Part shown: positions 50,321-63,469 of the stretch, piece by piece | Layout: every line of letters begins with the position of its first letter | Numbering within the stretch: position 1 is the stretch's first letter | Assembly (NCBI GenBank): GCA_051362555.1 | Contig: CM120644.1 | Location: 19,800,534 to 19,864,533, forward strand | Direction: 5' to 3' | Length of the DNA: 64,000 bases | From: Lingula anatina | Lineage: Eukaryota; Animalia; Brachiopoda | Notes under the pieces: generated by a model | Databases searched by the model: none | What the model was told of the DNA's origin: nothing | What the model saw: the letters and a program-made list of their open reading frames with translations, nothing else | Program-made: the position numbers and the translations under genes

Positions 50321-51426
50321 GATTCAATTCTTAGGCATGTTAACAGTCTCATTATTTAACTAATAAGATTCGTAAAAGTGTTTGTTTGACATTTCCTGCA
50401 TCTTTACAACATTGTTAGTTGATTATGTAAAAATGATGGTAAACTTGTTATCATGTATTGTATAATAGAGTTTCAAAAATGGAAATAAACTCATATCATT
50501 GCAGTTTGTCAGATTCATTCATTCACTATGTTCAGAAACTCAGAATGGAGGAAATTGGACATTAAACACTGTTCTATTGATATTTTTCCCATCTCATCAA
50601 TTTTCTTAGTTGATCATATATAAATGGCAGTAAATTGTTAATTTTGTTATATGTTAAAAAATTGTTAAAAATGGAAAAAAACACATTTCAGGACAGTGCT
50701 GTCTTGTCTACATTTTGGCATTTTCAAGGTGTGACTTTGAAGTTCCTTGGGCCTGAAGACCTTTGCTAGGAACATTTTCTGAATATCCATGATACTAATA
50801 TTTTATTATTAGAAATTGATGGTAATTATCCTGTTAAACATTATGTAATATTGCATCAAAATTTGAAGACACCCCTATTTTGGACACTGCTCCCATGATG
50901 ACCATTTAAGGAAAACCATGTCACTTACTGTTCTCAAACTTACAGTAAGAAACATGGGACTTAAATAAAGCTTCAGTGGGCAATGCAGTCTATTTGGTAA
51001 ATTTTTTTGGCAGTTAATCAGTTTTTTGTGAAAATTTAATTTTTCACATATTGGCATTTTCAAGGTGTGACTTAAGAACCTCCACGAGCTTGAAGACCCA
51101 TGCTAATCACATTTTTTGTATTTTTGTGTAAGATATGATATATACGTAGTATTTGTATGTTGTAATTTCACAGGAGTTTGGCCTACTTCAAGGAGGTCCA
51201 TGCCCAACATTCCTTGATTGTCTTCTAAGCAGAGGAGGAAATTACATGTGGAGAATTCTTAAGATATCCAAGAGAGGCTACAGGTAATAATAAGATAGTT
51301 TATCATTTTAAATTGACAAAAACCTTGTTTTGATATTATGAATTTAAATCTTTTGTTTCAAATTGTCGGGAAATAATTGAATGAAAATGTTTCTGTAGAA
51401 CACAAACAGTGTAGGTTGCCCTCTAA

Positions 51427-51667
51427 GGACCCATTCCCAATGAAACTACCATTCTACATAGATAGATCCAACTCCATGGGGACTCACGCTGAATGCAATC
51501 AGGTTAACATGCCTCGTGGCATTGAGTAAAATATATATAAAAAAAGCTGGTGATTATACAAGTTTGGAAACAAGAGGTGTTTTAATATGATTGCATTCAG
51601 CCAGAGTCCCTGCAGAGTTGGATCAATCTGACTACATAGATTGATAGTTCCATTGGGAATGTGCCCT
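51427..51667. mobile_element. Harbinger/Tourist-like MITE
   Basis: Long imperfect TIRs (GGACCCATTCCCAATG... / ...CATTGGGAATGTGCCC) with a TAA duplication. Confidence 0.7.
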
Positions 51668-52225
51668 AAATCAAAATAGTGGGTACGTCTACATTTAAGT
51701 TTGGGTTTGATTTTGGAAAAATTATGACTGCTGCTGCTTCTTTAGTGTAGAAATTTTCTATTGAGGTTTTGACTTTGGCAAGTGCTTTTTATTTTGGGAA
51801 CAAACTATGAATGAATTGTGTTCATGTTATGCTTACAAGTATTCTAATGGGGCACTACACTATTTCCCTTTCAGCTGGCAGAAGAAAAGGATTAGAGTTT
51901 TCAAATATTATGACCTTCATCACTGGACTGATGGACATGCAGTTTCTGGGATTTCAGCGCCAACCAAAAGTCACATTCTCTTTTACTGTGGACTCTTTTT
52001 TGCATACCCACAGAAATTACTGCATTGAACTTACAATTGCCCTTGCTATGAGGTGAGAAACATCACCAAAACAACTATTTGATTTGTGGGACTTTTCTAT
52101 TATTACACATTTTGGACTATGTTACAGAAATGCCATACACTGAGTGTATTGTTACTGCTGTTTCTCTGTTGGAATTGGATTGAGATAATTGTCGTGTTTT
52201 AATTCACTGAGAGGAACCTTTATTT

Positions 52226-52229
<4 letters not shown>

Positions 52230-52269
<40 letters not shown>

Positions 52270-52278
52270 GTTGTTGTT
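52230..52278. repeat. (TG)n plus (TTG)n microsatellite
   Basis: Direct observation. Confidence 0.95.
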
Positions 52279-52964
52279 GGGTAATGAGAACTTTCAAATG
52301 GCTGTTCAGTGCAAAGGAAACGGTGAAGTTTTGGGAAGGGCACTAGGTTTATATACACTGTGCTTGGTGTCAGTATACATTTGACAAGTTGATTTTTTTT
52401 AATTTGATTTTTACTGAAATATGCCTGATTATGGCAGTGGGAGCCAGTGTGGATGACTACACCTAAAGTGCCCAGTGCATGCTGGGAGCTTATCAGATGT
52501 GCATGCAAAGACAACTGTACAGAATGTCAATATTGAACTGGATCAAGATCCATGTTCTCCTCTTAGTAGATGAAATTACCAAATAATAATGATAACAATT
52601 GTTATTAATGATAATCATTTGCATTGAAATCAGTATGAATCTAGCTAATCATACAAATTGTAGGATGACAAATACAGTTGTCTTGTTATGTTAGCAGTTC
52701 TTCTAAATTTAGTTAAAAGGGAGTAAGTAAGTGCTAGATTTTGTGTTCAAAGATCAAAGTTTGTATGTGATATTAAACTATTTATTTTATAAACAAAATA
52801 AATATTGTTAATATTTCAGTAATGCGTTTTTCCTTGTTATTAAAAAAACTCACTCATATGTAAAATAAATGTTTGCTTTTAGAAAAAAATGGATAAAATG
52901 GTAGTATTTGTTTATTTGACAAATAAAATGTTATGGCAAATTTGCATTTATAGCATCTGATTTA

Positions 52965-53331
52965 AGGTTACCTCTAAGTTCTGTTTAAGCGCATAAGTCA
53001 GCTTCCCAAATCTTATAATAGTAGCCAGTCTTTTTTCATTTTACCCTTTTTTATATTCAGTAAACCATTATAGAAATGTATAAATGCCTCAAATGGATAG
53101 TTCAAAAGCAACATATTCTTTCCTGGGATGGGGGGGGGATTACCTCTAACTTAGGTTACCTCTAAGTTCTGTTTAAGCGCATAAGTCAGCTTCCCAAATC
53201 TTATAATAGTAGCCAGTCTTTTTTCATTTACCCTTTTTTATATTCAGTAAACCATTATAGAAATGTATAAATGCCTCAAATGGATAGTTCAAAAGCAACA
53301 TATTCTTTCCTGGGATGGGGGGGGGGGATTA
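52965..53331. repeat. Tandem duplication, about 188-bp unit x2
   Basis: AGGTTACCTCTAAGTTCTG at 52965 and 53153; each unit ends in a G-run. Confidence 0.9.
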
Positions 53332-53562
53332 TCCTGAGGAGTGTCCTAGAATCGTCCGACACGCCAGTCGCTGTAAACCGCCAAACCATATTTTGTTTTA
53401 CTTTAATTTAACTGAGTGGCTTTGTTTGGTCAAAAATAAGATTCATTTCTAAATCGAATTCTTTTGTAAATATTTTTCCAATGTTGTTTTATTCGGGGTT
53501 GTTTATTCGGCCACGTAAAACCACCACCCTGGTCCCATAAATGGACGTTTATCCAAGAAAGT

Positions 53563-56231
53563 TAGTCCAGTTGCTTAGGGCAAAAAAATGGCCAAATCGT
53601 GACACAGCGGATAAAAGCACCAAACTTTGCATGTGGGTACCTTTTGACATACTAAATCAAATTAGAGCCGTAGCCCACGGAAAAAATTTACTGTTTGGCC
53701 AAAAAATCCAAAATGGCCGCCAATTTGTGAAATTTTGTAGAAATATATACATATCTATGTTGATTTTTATCAAATTAAGTATTTTCTCAATGTTTTCCAC
53801 ATCGTTATTACCCATATTATGCATATGTGTCAGATACCAAACTAGTGTCCTTGGACTTATTGAAAAATCCAAGATGGCCGCCGTATGGCATAGGAATACT
53901 AGACCATATACAAGGGTATTCAACTAACTAATGCCAACTAGGAAGATGCATTGCCCACTATCTAATTAATTTTGTTTCTTATTACACAAATAATATATTT
54001 GTGGTGAGTAACTAACCTTTATTCACAGGCAATTCGAGAAAAATCCAAGATGGCCCCCATATCAAAGGAATACTAATATACACATAGGGCTTCTTCTGCC
54101 ATGGAGATATAATATTAATTGATAAATTAGGTTTGTTTCTGAGTATTTTCCACATCTTTTTAATTCATATAATATATATGTGATGAGAATGTTATGTGTA
54201 TCATTTTTGAAAACAAAACAAAATGGCTGCCATTAGCCATAGAAGGTGGGGTTCAGTTAATACCTGCGAGAGATAGGCTTACAAATAAAAAAGCTGAATT
54301 CAGTTGTTATTCTGTTTTTTAGTATTATTATCCCATGATACATATCTGTTAGGTAATTAATGTCCATATTTTATCATTTTGGGGAAATCCAAGATGGCCT
54401 TCTTTTCCCCATAGGAAAAGTGGTGCATTAGATTTAATAGGCACTTCTAAGGCAAATGAGGGTAATCATGATATTTTTTCAAAATACTTAAGGGTATACA
54501 CTTGTTATCCACCAGATAGATATCTAAAAGTCCAAAAAGAATGTGGGAAATACAGAGAAACAAAATTCATTTTATATTGAACCCAATGTCTCTCTGGCAG
54601 TAGTTGACTGTACTATTCCTATTGTGAATTGCAGCAATCTTGAATTTTCTCAAATACGCAAGATGCACACTTGTTACACACCAGATTTATAAAGAGTAAG
54701 GTTAATAAGGTTGTCAACATGTTTAAACATCAAACAGCTTTATTTCATGTTGGAATCAATGTTTGAACTGTTTTATTAATTGACACCTATGTGCATTTGA
54801 ATGATATATTCCTATGACAACTGGCAGCTATCTTGGATTTCTCCGAATAATACTCAAGGATACATACACTTTCAAAACACACAGATTCTTTCATAAGGAT
54901 AAATAGGATATGAAAAACATTAAAAACAACCCAACGTTAACTACGTTTAAATCGTACTCAGTGTATTTCTAGCATTATTTGATTATGTGTTCGAAAATTC
55001 TAATGACAAAAGGCAGACATCTTGAATTTTTTCAGAATACCCAAAGATACACACATGCTACAGACCAGGTATACATCATAGGAGTAATAATAAATGGAAT
55101 GAAAAACATAAATTATTTTTAAAACAAACCCATGGAAATGTAAATGTATAATGAACCATATGCCTCTCTAGCAGCAATTGAAACCCACCCATTAGTATTC
55201 CTATGTTAAATTGTAGGTATCTTTTTCTCAGAATATCCAAGGATGCACACTATTTACCCACCAGATATATATCATAAGACTAATAAGGATGGGCAAAACT
55301 TGATAAGCAAACACAAATTCACCCTGGTAGTAGATGAAAAACCATGGATGTGCAGTTGTAATTCCAGTAGTATTCCTATGGCCAGTGACGGCCATCTTGG
55401 GTTTTCTCAAAATGATCAAATATGCACATTTATTACCTGCTAGATATGTATCACAGTGTAATAATACTGTGTAAAGCACTAAAAAATAAACTGAATTTGA
55501 TAGTGAATTCGCTGGCATTAGTTCCAACCCTTTGTAATACTATAAGTATTCCTATTACATATGACGGCCATCTTGGATTTTCTTAAAATGCCCAAGAATA
55601 CTGTTAGTTACTCACCACATACATATTGTGTGGGTAGAAAGGATGTGGAAAAACACTCAGAAACCAGCTTAATTTGATAGTGAAAAATTAATCTTTCCAG
55701 TTGCCATTAGTTGAATCACCGTATACTAGAATTCCTGTGGCACATGGCAGCCATCTTGGATTTTCCAAAATGCCCAAGAACACTTCGTAGTTACTCACCA
55801 CAAACATATTATGTGGGTAACAAAGATCTGAGAAGCAGACTTAATTTGACAGTGGGCAACGTATCGTTCTAGCTGGTAATAGTTGTGCACTAGTATTCCT
55901 ATGGTTGTTTCTATGACAAATGACAGCCATCTTGGATTTTTTCAAAAAGTGCAAGGGAACTTGTTTGCTATTTGACATATATGAATAAAATGGGTAATAA
56001 GGGTGTGGAAAACTTTGAGAAAATAATTTATTTGATAAAAATCAACATAGGCATATACATATTTCTAAAGAATTCAATAAATTGGCGGCCATTTTGGATT
56101 TTTGGCCAAACGGTAATTTTTTTCCGTGGGCTACGGCTCTAATTTGATTTAGAATGTCAAAAGGTACCCACATGCAAAATTTGGTGCTTTTATCCATCGT
56201 GTCATGATTCTTTCCTTAAGCCACCGGACTA
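53563..56231. mobile_element. Non-autonomous DNA transposon with long TIRs (Academ-like)
   Basis: TAGTCC...GGACTA ends, a 3-bp AGT duplication and more than 300 bp of imperfect TIR. Internal AAAATCCAAGATGGC repeats switch orientation mid-element. Confidence 0.75.
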
Positions 56232-57628
56232 AGTGTGGAATTATAGAATTATATCAACGATCGATGTTGTTGCGATTGTAGGGTAATTCCCCCCCTACTT
56301 GGACCCATATTATAGAGCTATAATTTTTAGAATGTAGATATTTCGTCCCTGACAGTCTATGAATTATAAGTTGCGCGTCTGCATCCAAAGATATTCAACA
56401 TATTTAAAGAAATTAATGGAAGATACTGTATTGACTCCCGCCTATCAATTGGCAAAAATTATCAACCTTTCAAATACATAATTATGAAATTTGTATTTCC
56501 TTAAAGCATTTCTGGTGCTTTTTACTGCGTACCAATCAAATAGAATGTAGTCTGCTTTTCAGTTTTGTTGTTACCATGCACTCAACGTCCTCAACGGGAA
56601 CATTCTGATTTAAAGAAATCATGACAAAAATACGGTGTCCGTAACATTCACAATTTTTCCTCATTGGAAAGATCAAGTTATTACCGCAATTCATCAAAGA
56701 TTGTTTTAATAATCCATAGCACTGTGAAATTCATGAAACCTAGGGTTCGTGTACATGCATACAGAAAATGTAGTCCACTTACTAATGTGTCATCTACAGG
56801 GATATTGTCCCAATTTCTGTGTGGTTAAGATTAGAATATATGAAATGGCAGATATGATGAATTTTCACCTGACAAGTAAAACTATAATACTGTCTCCACG
56901 GGTGGGCTGCATGAGTAGCAAAACTCGCCAGTTAGGGCAGCGTGGCTGTAACAGCTCTACTTAATTCCACTGGACGTTCACTACCCCGGCTCAACCGGTA
57001 CTTTGTGTTGGTCGTACGGGCCAATGTCATCGCCTTGTAAAAATCAAATATTTTCCGCCAAATATTGCGAGGAAAGCGATGAAACGGCATGTTTTAATCT
57101 TAAAGGGATAACTCTTCATATGAAATTCATTTTTCATAATAAATACATTGTAAACAACCCATTAAAATATAATAAATTCCATTTTCCCACCTAAACAGTG
57201 GTTAGCGCAATTATTCTGGATTTTGTGCTTGTCATCAGACCAAGTGGGCCTTCATAGATGGCTATATCTCAGTAATAATCTCTTAAGAGAATATTACAAA
57301 AAATCGCATTTTTTTTTTAACCTTATAGGCTAACTTTGCTCACGGGCAAAGTTTTGCTTCTACCTGCCCAAGAAGCACAGAGTCCCAGCAAAAGTTTATG
57401 TAATACTGACAGTGACATAACTTCATTACCGCTGTTATTTTCACAAAGATACGCACGGACACGGCACTCCACTGGCCGCAAGCTGACGATCCGAGTTTTA
57501 TATCTTGACAGTTATGACAGCTTTCTTTATTTTAATAACTGCTATATATAAAAAAAAAGATATATTAAAAAAGAGATAAGAATGAGCCAGTTTGTTCAAT
57601 AAATTGCGTGTTTCTACTATAACCTAAC

Positions 57629-57836
57629 TAACAGACTAACAGCGACCCCTGTGGCCAACGTTGTAATAAGGGTACAAGTGGGCGTTTGAGTACCTGTTGC
57701 AAAAAAAGTTGTCCACTGTATATGCGGCATACAAGAGTATAATTATCTTATGAAATTAGTTGAGCCTACATAATTACCTACGGTTAGGGTGGGTCCAAGC
57801 ACCTCTCTGACCACAGGGTGCGCTAGTAGTCTGTTA
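57629..57836. mobile_element. Small MITE
   Basis: Imperfect TIR TAACAGACTAACAGCGACCCCTGTGG / CCACAGGGTGCGCTAGTAGTCTGTTA. Confidence 0.6.
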
Positions 57837-58221
57837 CAGCCAGTACTTTAATTTTGTATGCTATTTTAGTCTATAAAGTATCGTTCAATATCGTTTCAAA
57901 CCATTTCAATTTTCTCGAGGTTAATTTCTGTTTATAGATTTTGATAAAAAGATAATAAATTAAGACGTATTTAAGGCTGTTAATCACATTAAATGTGCCA
58001 AATATCCGTAAGTCGTCAGTAAGAAGCAAAACTATTTGTCCTCTCGGAACAGTTTGCACTTTCCAACCAATAGGAAGGCTTATATAGCAGTTTTTATATT
58101 GCCGGTAATAATGCTAATTTGTACTTGGCGATTTTGACGGGTCTGGCTTGATTTCTGAGTTGTACTCACTCACGTTTTCCTATGACGTCACAAGAAGTAG
58201 TGGTAACAGAGTCCTAGCTAG

Positions 58222-58446
58222 GGTGCATTCCCAGAGATTTAGCTCGATCCAAAGATTAAGATTTAGATCGACCTAACTCCCTGGTGTTTCACGCTAAATT
58301 GCAGTCAGCCGAGCGAGCACCATAGTTAATTACCCCCTTACAGCTTTTAGTAGGCGGGACAGACGCTTAAGCCGGCTAAGCTGACAGTAATCTAGTGAGA
58401 CTCCCCACAGGGGTAGATCGATCTAAAATCTATGGGAATGGGGTCC
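58222..58446. mobile_element. Harbinger/Tourist-like MITE directly upstream of the peptide gene promoter
   Basis: TIRs GGTGCATTCCCAGAGATTTAG / CTAAAATCTATGGGAATGGGGTCC with a TAG duplication; ends related to the MITE at 51427. Confidence 0.65.
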
Positions 58447-58512
58447 TAGTTATAGCTATAGCTATTGCATGGGAGTACAATTATTCTATTGTTCCGTCGA
58501 GTGATAGATACC

Positions 58513-58520
58513 TATAAAAG
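58513..58520 (+). promoter_or_regulatory. TATA box of the secreted peptide gene
   Basis: TATAAAAG about 30 bp upstream of a probable non-coding exon ending at AG|GTTTGA (58621); acceptor at 58837. Confidence 0.6.
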
Positions 58521-58858
58521 AAAAGTGCGGAAGACAAATTTATCAGGAGCTCAATCTGGACGAATTCGCCGCCAGTTCAACAGCTCTGCTATACAAATAC
58601 AGCTTCCATTTGGACCAAAAGGTTTGAGATTTCTGGAAAATGTAGTGCAGCATCTTTGCCTCGATTGTCTAGATTAATAACTGTCAAGTATTTTCAAAAA
58701 TCACTACATTATGTTGCTTTTATAAAGAAGATTTGTCACTGCCTTTGTCACTGTTTTCAGACCCAATCGCTTCAGTAATATCTATGTGTATGATTGAAGA
58801 TGTTACTTTGATTTGAGATTATTCTTTCTTTATTCAGAGCCATAAAGTTTGAAAAACA

Positions 58859-59635
58859 ATGAAAATTTCACTAGTTGCCGCTGCATTGTTACTGGTGGCA
58901 CATTTGGTGAAAGCCGCCAGTGAGAGATCAGGGAACGAAGTTTATTCTGCCCAGAAACGATCTTCACTCACGAAAGGTCTTGCTCGCAGAAGAGCATGCG
59001 GCTCCATTAACTGCAAGTATGTAAATCTGTACTTTGGTGTTAACTATTGTAGAGCCAATTTAGAATAAAATATCCTGATTGAAGAATATTCTTCACATTT
59101 GTCGGGTGCTTATTATTATTATTTTCTGTTTGCTTTTAGAAAAATTTACAACACACAGTCCAATAAATTTTCTAAATATTGTAACTGCACTTATTTTGTG
59201 CCCTTCTCTGCAAGGAAGATTCCAGAAGAAATGATAAATAGAAACATTTTTATACACGTTGGGCCTATATATAACAAATTAATGAATAAAAATAAAGACA
59301 CACCAGTAAATGAATGAATGATTTCCAGATTACTACATGGAGCTGGGGACGCAATAGCCGTCTTTGTAATAGTGCCCAGTTTATCAGATCAAAATTAACT
59401 GTTTAATGCATTTTCTACTTTCAGAGTGTCGGGCTGTGAGTCCGGGGGTGGCTGGTGGTTTGTGTCGAATTCCGCCGGCTGGAACATCCGGGGCTCTGAC
59501 CGCGGTTGCTGTGGCAACTACAGTGGCTGTTGCAAGCATGCTTCAGACTTATGTTACATACACGACTACACGTGTCTCTGTTGTATACCTAGCTTGTATT
59601 GTGGACCCCATTGCAAGAAAGATCCGGGCTGTTGA
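58859..59635 (+). CDS. Secreted cysteine-rich prepropeptide (toxin/defence-peptide-like), 122 aa, coding exons 58859-59016 and 59425-59635
   Basis: A GTATGT...TTTCAG intron joins in frame to give MKISLVAAALLLVAHLVKAASERSGNEVYSAQKRSSLTKGLARRR-ACGSINCKVSGCESGGGWWFVSNSAGWNIRGSDRGCCGNYSGCCKHASDLCYIHDYTCLCCIPSLYCGPHCKKDPGC*. It has a signal peptide, KR/RRR cleavage sites and 14 Cys. Confidence 0.9.
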
Positions 59636-59917
59636 CACCTTGGCATAAATATAATTACTTGAAACAAATTTGCATTTACCAGGCTACGTTCGGTTTGTCC
59701 TTTCTAAAGGACCCTAGACTTTGCTGACATTGGAAATAGTTCCTATACAGATTGTAGTATATTTTTCATTTTAGTGTAAACTTTGTAATATCCACCTTTG
59801 GCACGAGCTCCTGAAAATGAAATGACTACATGAATGGCGATTGTAAAAGAATACTATATTAGACCATTAACCGTTTCAGCGGCCAAAATGGTCATCATAT
59901 ATGCATAACAGAAATCA

Positions 59918-59923
59918 AATAAA
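59918..59923 (+). terminator. Polyadenylation signal AATAAA
   Basis: AATAAA about 280 nt after the stop codon. Confidence 0.55.
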
Positions 59924-62900
59924 ACGATGTTTGCCAATAGATAATGCTTCATGCATTGTGTCTTCTGATATCTGCAAGAACCCGTGTATGATATCATTGC
60001 TCCCTACACTTTGCAAGATTTGAACTCGAACACCAAATTATGAAGGAAACTCCTGCGCTATACAAGCAAATGTGTAAAGACACAAAATATCCTTGGACGC
60101 AGTCAAATTGATCTCAACTCTGAGACGTACAATGTATTTTGACCGAAAATAAGTGAATCTGCAGTATTTCTCAGATCATAATGGCAAACATGATGATAAA
60201 TTATCTTTTTAACGTCTGATATCCATAAAATGACCACTTGACTTAAATAAAAACATATAAACTTAATAAAAGTTTATAAATAAGGATTGTTAAGATATGT
60301 ATTTACGAAAACGCCTAATTCGGAAGAAAAAGTGCAATTTGCGTCAAGGTAAATACTAGTACGTCCGTCTAAATGGATGTGTTGGCTGGGTTTTATATAT
60401 AATAAAAAAAAGTATGGGAACCGTTTACCCGAGGAAAATCAATTTTTTTTTTTTTTTTTTTGCCAAAATGAACAGTTGTTATCTTTTTCATAGAGTTCAA
60501 AACTTTGCACCCCACTACTCAGTGCCTTCATCTGTGATGCTTACATTCTGTGTTTGAGGTGGGGTATTTTCCTGTCCCTTTTGTTAACACAAAGACACGG
60601 TACAGGGGCATTCGTGTATATTTAAAATTTCATATCACAACTGTTGTGGACAAAAAACAGATAACTTTTAATGTTTTTGCCTTTATGATTTCAGCAAACC
60701 CGAATCACCTTCCAGGGATGGAGGGGGGGGGGGGAGGATGGGGGGGGGGGTGGTCATGTTTCCGCCGTACCATTCAACAAAGACTAGTTGAAATCGAGGC
60801 TTCAGTACGGAAGGTGGACAACTGTATATAATCGTATGCGTCATTTTGGTGAGAGGTGTTCAGATTGGACCGAGGTCAGTAGAAGATGGAGAAGAAAGCA
60901 GCCTTGTGTTTCATTGCTACAATTTCTACGAAATGGTCGGAAATCTGGGACTGAAATTGGCATCGATCTGTTGTAAGTACTGTGCATGTAAAGATGATGG
61001 AAGATAACATTTGTGAATGATATTTGCGAAAAATGTGGCATTTTGGACATAAAACATCATGTCGACATTTTGTCTTGACGTCAACAATATTTTCCCTTAA
61101 AAGTCCAAAATTCAACTTGACGTTTAAATAGTTAATTTTCTGTTAATTATTTTCAGATGGAATGCATTTGCCAGTAAACAGGTGGTGAGCTGTTTGCTCC
61201 AGGAGTGAACGCGTCTTCCGTCTTAAACAATGTAAGGACAATTTGGCAGGTAACTGCATTAGCTTAATTTGTTTTTTTTTTAATTCAAAATCCACCTCAG
61301 CAAATCCCTACCCGCCAATGTGCACATGTCGTGACTATGTAGTTCTTCTTGCTAAGATCTCATAAATTTTGTTTTTACTACACTCCTGTCATATGTTTAT
61401 TTCTAAAATTTCACTTTATACGTAATGCGAGGGTCACTATCTTTTTAGTAGCACCACTGACGTGTGATTCTAAAGACACAGAATGTTGTCACGTTACAGT
61501 GTGTACACGGTGTAAAAGAATAGAAATTATATTGTTTGAAAGTGCATGTTTACATAGAACGTGTCAGCTCAGTATATATATATATATTCGTCTAATTTAA
61601 AAGTTGAAAAGTGGTTTGTTGAATATTACTATAAGAATCGAAATGGGTTACCGTAATATTAAAAATTGCTTTATTTAACCAACCCTTAGACATTGTTTTG
61701 TAAGGTGGTTTTTGTTTAATTTCAGTGACTCAACCGTGCACGAGAAGATTGAATACGTTCTCCATCAATGACGTCAGACTCGTGTTCCACAGCGGCTGCA
61801 TCCATGTCAAGATTATACATGTCGCTTGTCAGAGTTTGTCTGCTAGTAAATTTGCAGGGTTGAAACTTAATATGAAGTGTAATGTTTACTTTGGGTTGTG
61901 ATTCGGCTGTAGTTATTTTCAAACTATCACCAAGTAGTGTTCGGGATGAGTACTTTGCTACACATGCATGTAGTAGTGGTTTATTTCCGTGTAGGTGTTG
62001 CAACATAAACAACAATGCACATGTAGGACGACCGGTTTTCTTTCTGATGGTAACATATTTGTGAGGACAAATCTGCAATTTGGCAGTTCTCCGTGAACAA
62101 TTATTTATTTAAAATTGAATTCTAGTATTTATTTTGGTGATGTTTAGTTTTGGAAAGAAAGAAAACATTCCAACCGTGTAAAATGCATTTATGGAAGTCT
62201 TTGGAAGTTATTGTTATATTGTTATATTGTCAAGTCGTCAAGTTATATTGTCAAGTACGCGCCATATTTGATCCACGGACTAGATAGACGGTGGTTCAAC
62301 TGGTTGTGAACTCGGTCTAATGCTTTAGAAAGTGTCAGGAAGTTGCAGTGTGCGTTCAGTTGTTCTTTGGAAGAAAAAAAAAACAGCGAGATGTGCATCC
62401 ACCAAAAATCAATAAATCGCTGTAATTTGAATAATTATGCTTCAGAAATTGCAGCATAATCAAATTGGCAGAATGTGTCATTAGTATTGCAGAACTGTCC
62501 ACACACATTGAAACGAACTTTCTTAAGTTTGAATATGCGATTGTGACGCATATAATATAAACTTCGTGTTTCAATGAGGGGAGGGGTCAAAAGTCACCCT
62601 GGTTTTAGAAACGAAACCAAGGAGTTGAAATTTTCCCGAAATTAATGTGCATTTGTTATTGCACGGGTGGTAGGTTACAAAGGAAAATCGTTGTATTACA
62701 GAAGATATTTTATTTCGGAATATTTTCTACATTAAGGGGTCTATATAGGACTGACATTTATCAGAAACTTTCACATTCTGAATTTTCGACAAATTCTTGA
62801 CAAAGTCAAATCAACCATTTTAGCTGTCACTTAAAGCCGATTTTTTAGAATAATGAGTACTTGATGAAGTTTTTTTTAAGACTGTCAATTTCTGCCAATA

Positions 62901-63469
62901 CTCCCAAAATAGAATGTGATGCAGTTTAAAGAGAAATTTATAGCAAGAGATGAAAAACTAAGGAAATATTTTTCGTAAATTTACTTAGATTTTGGCTAGC
63001 AGTTATTTATCTTTTAAAAATATCCAAAAGTGTTTAGATCAGCGCTCTGTTAAAGGTTGGCATTGTACTTTGTATTTTTGTAGTTTATTCTTTGGTAGAG
63101 ATCAAATGGTGATTCAAGAATAACTTCTTATATGTCAGTCCTGCATGTCCTGTTGAATTATAATGTCGAATGTCGTTAGATCACTTAATACCGGAGACCA
63201 GTCTTAAGTTTATTAGCATTGTCTTAGTAAGTGTGGATTTCAAGTAAACTGATATTTACGTATTCTTTTCCGTTTTCTTTGAAATGTATGGGCGGCCAAA
63301 AGGGCAAAAATTCATGTCGTCGATTCAGTTATGTTTCGTCGATTCACTGCCTTCCCATCGATTCAGTTTCAAGTTAAAACGATCCTGTCATAAATTCAAC
63401 ATCTACTTTCGTCAATTCAATTGTCAAACATTTCTCATCTATGGTGTATTAAAACCAATGCTGTCACTA

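Noticed and set aside
59406-59648. Alternative-frame 80-aa ORF overlapping the peptide exon
   Set aside because: The splice phase and Cys pattern support the other frame.
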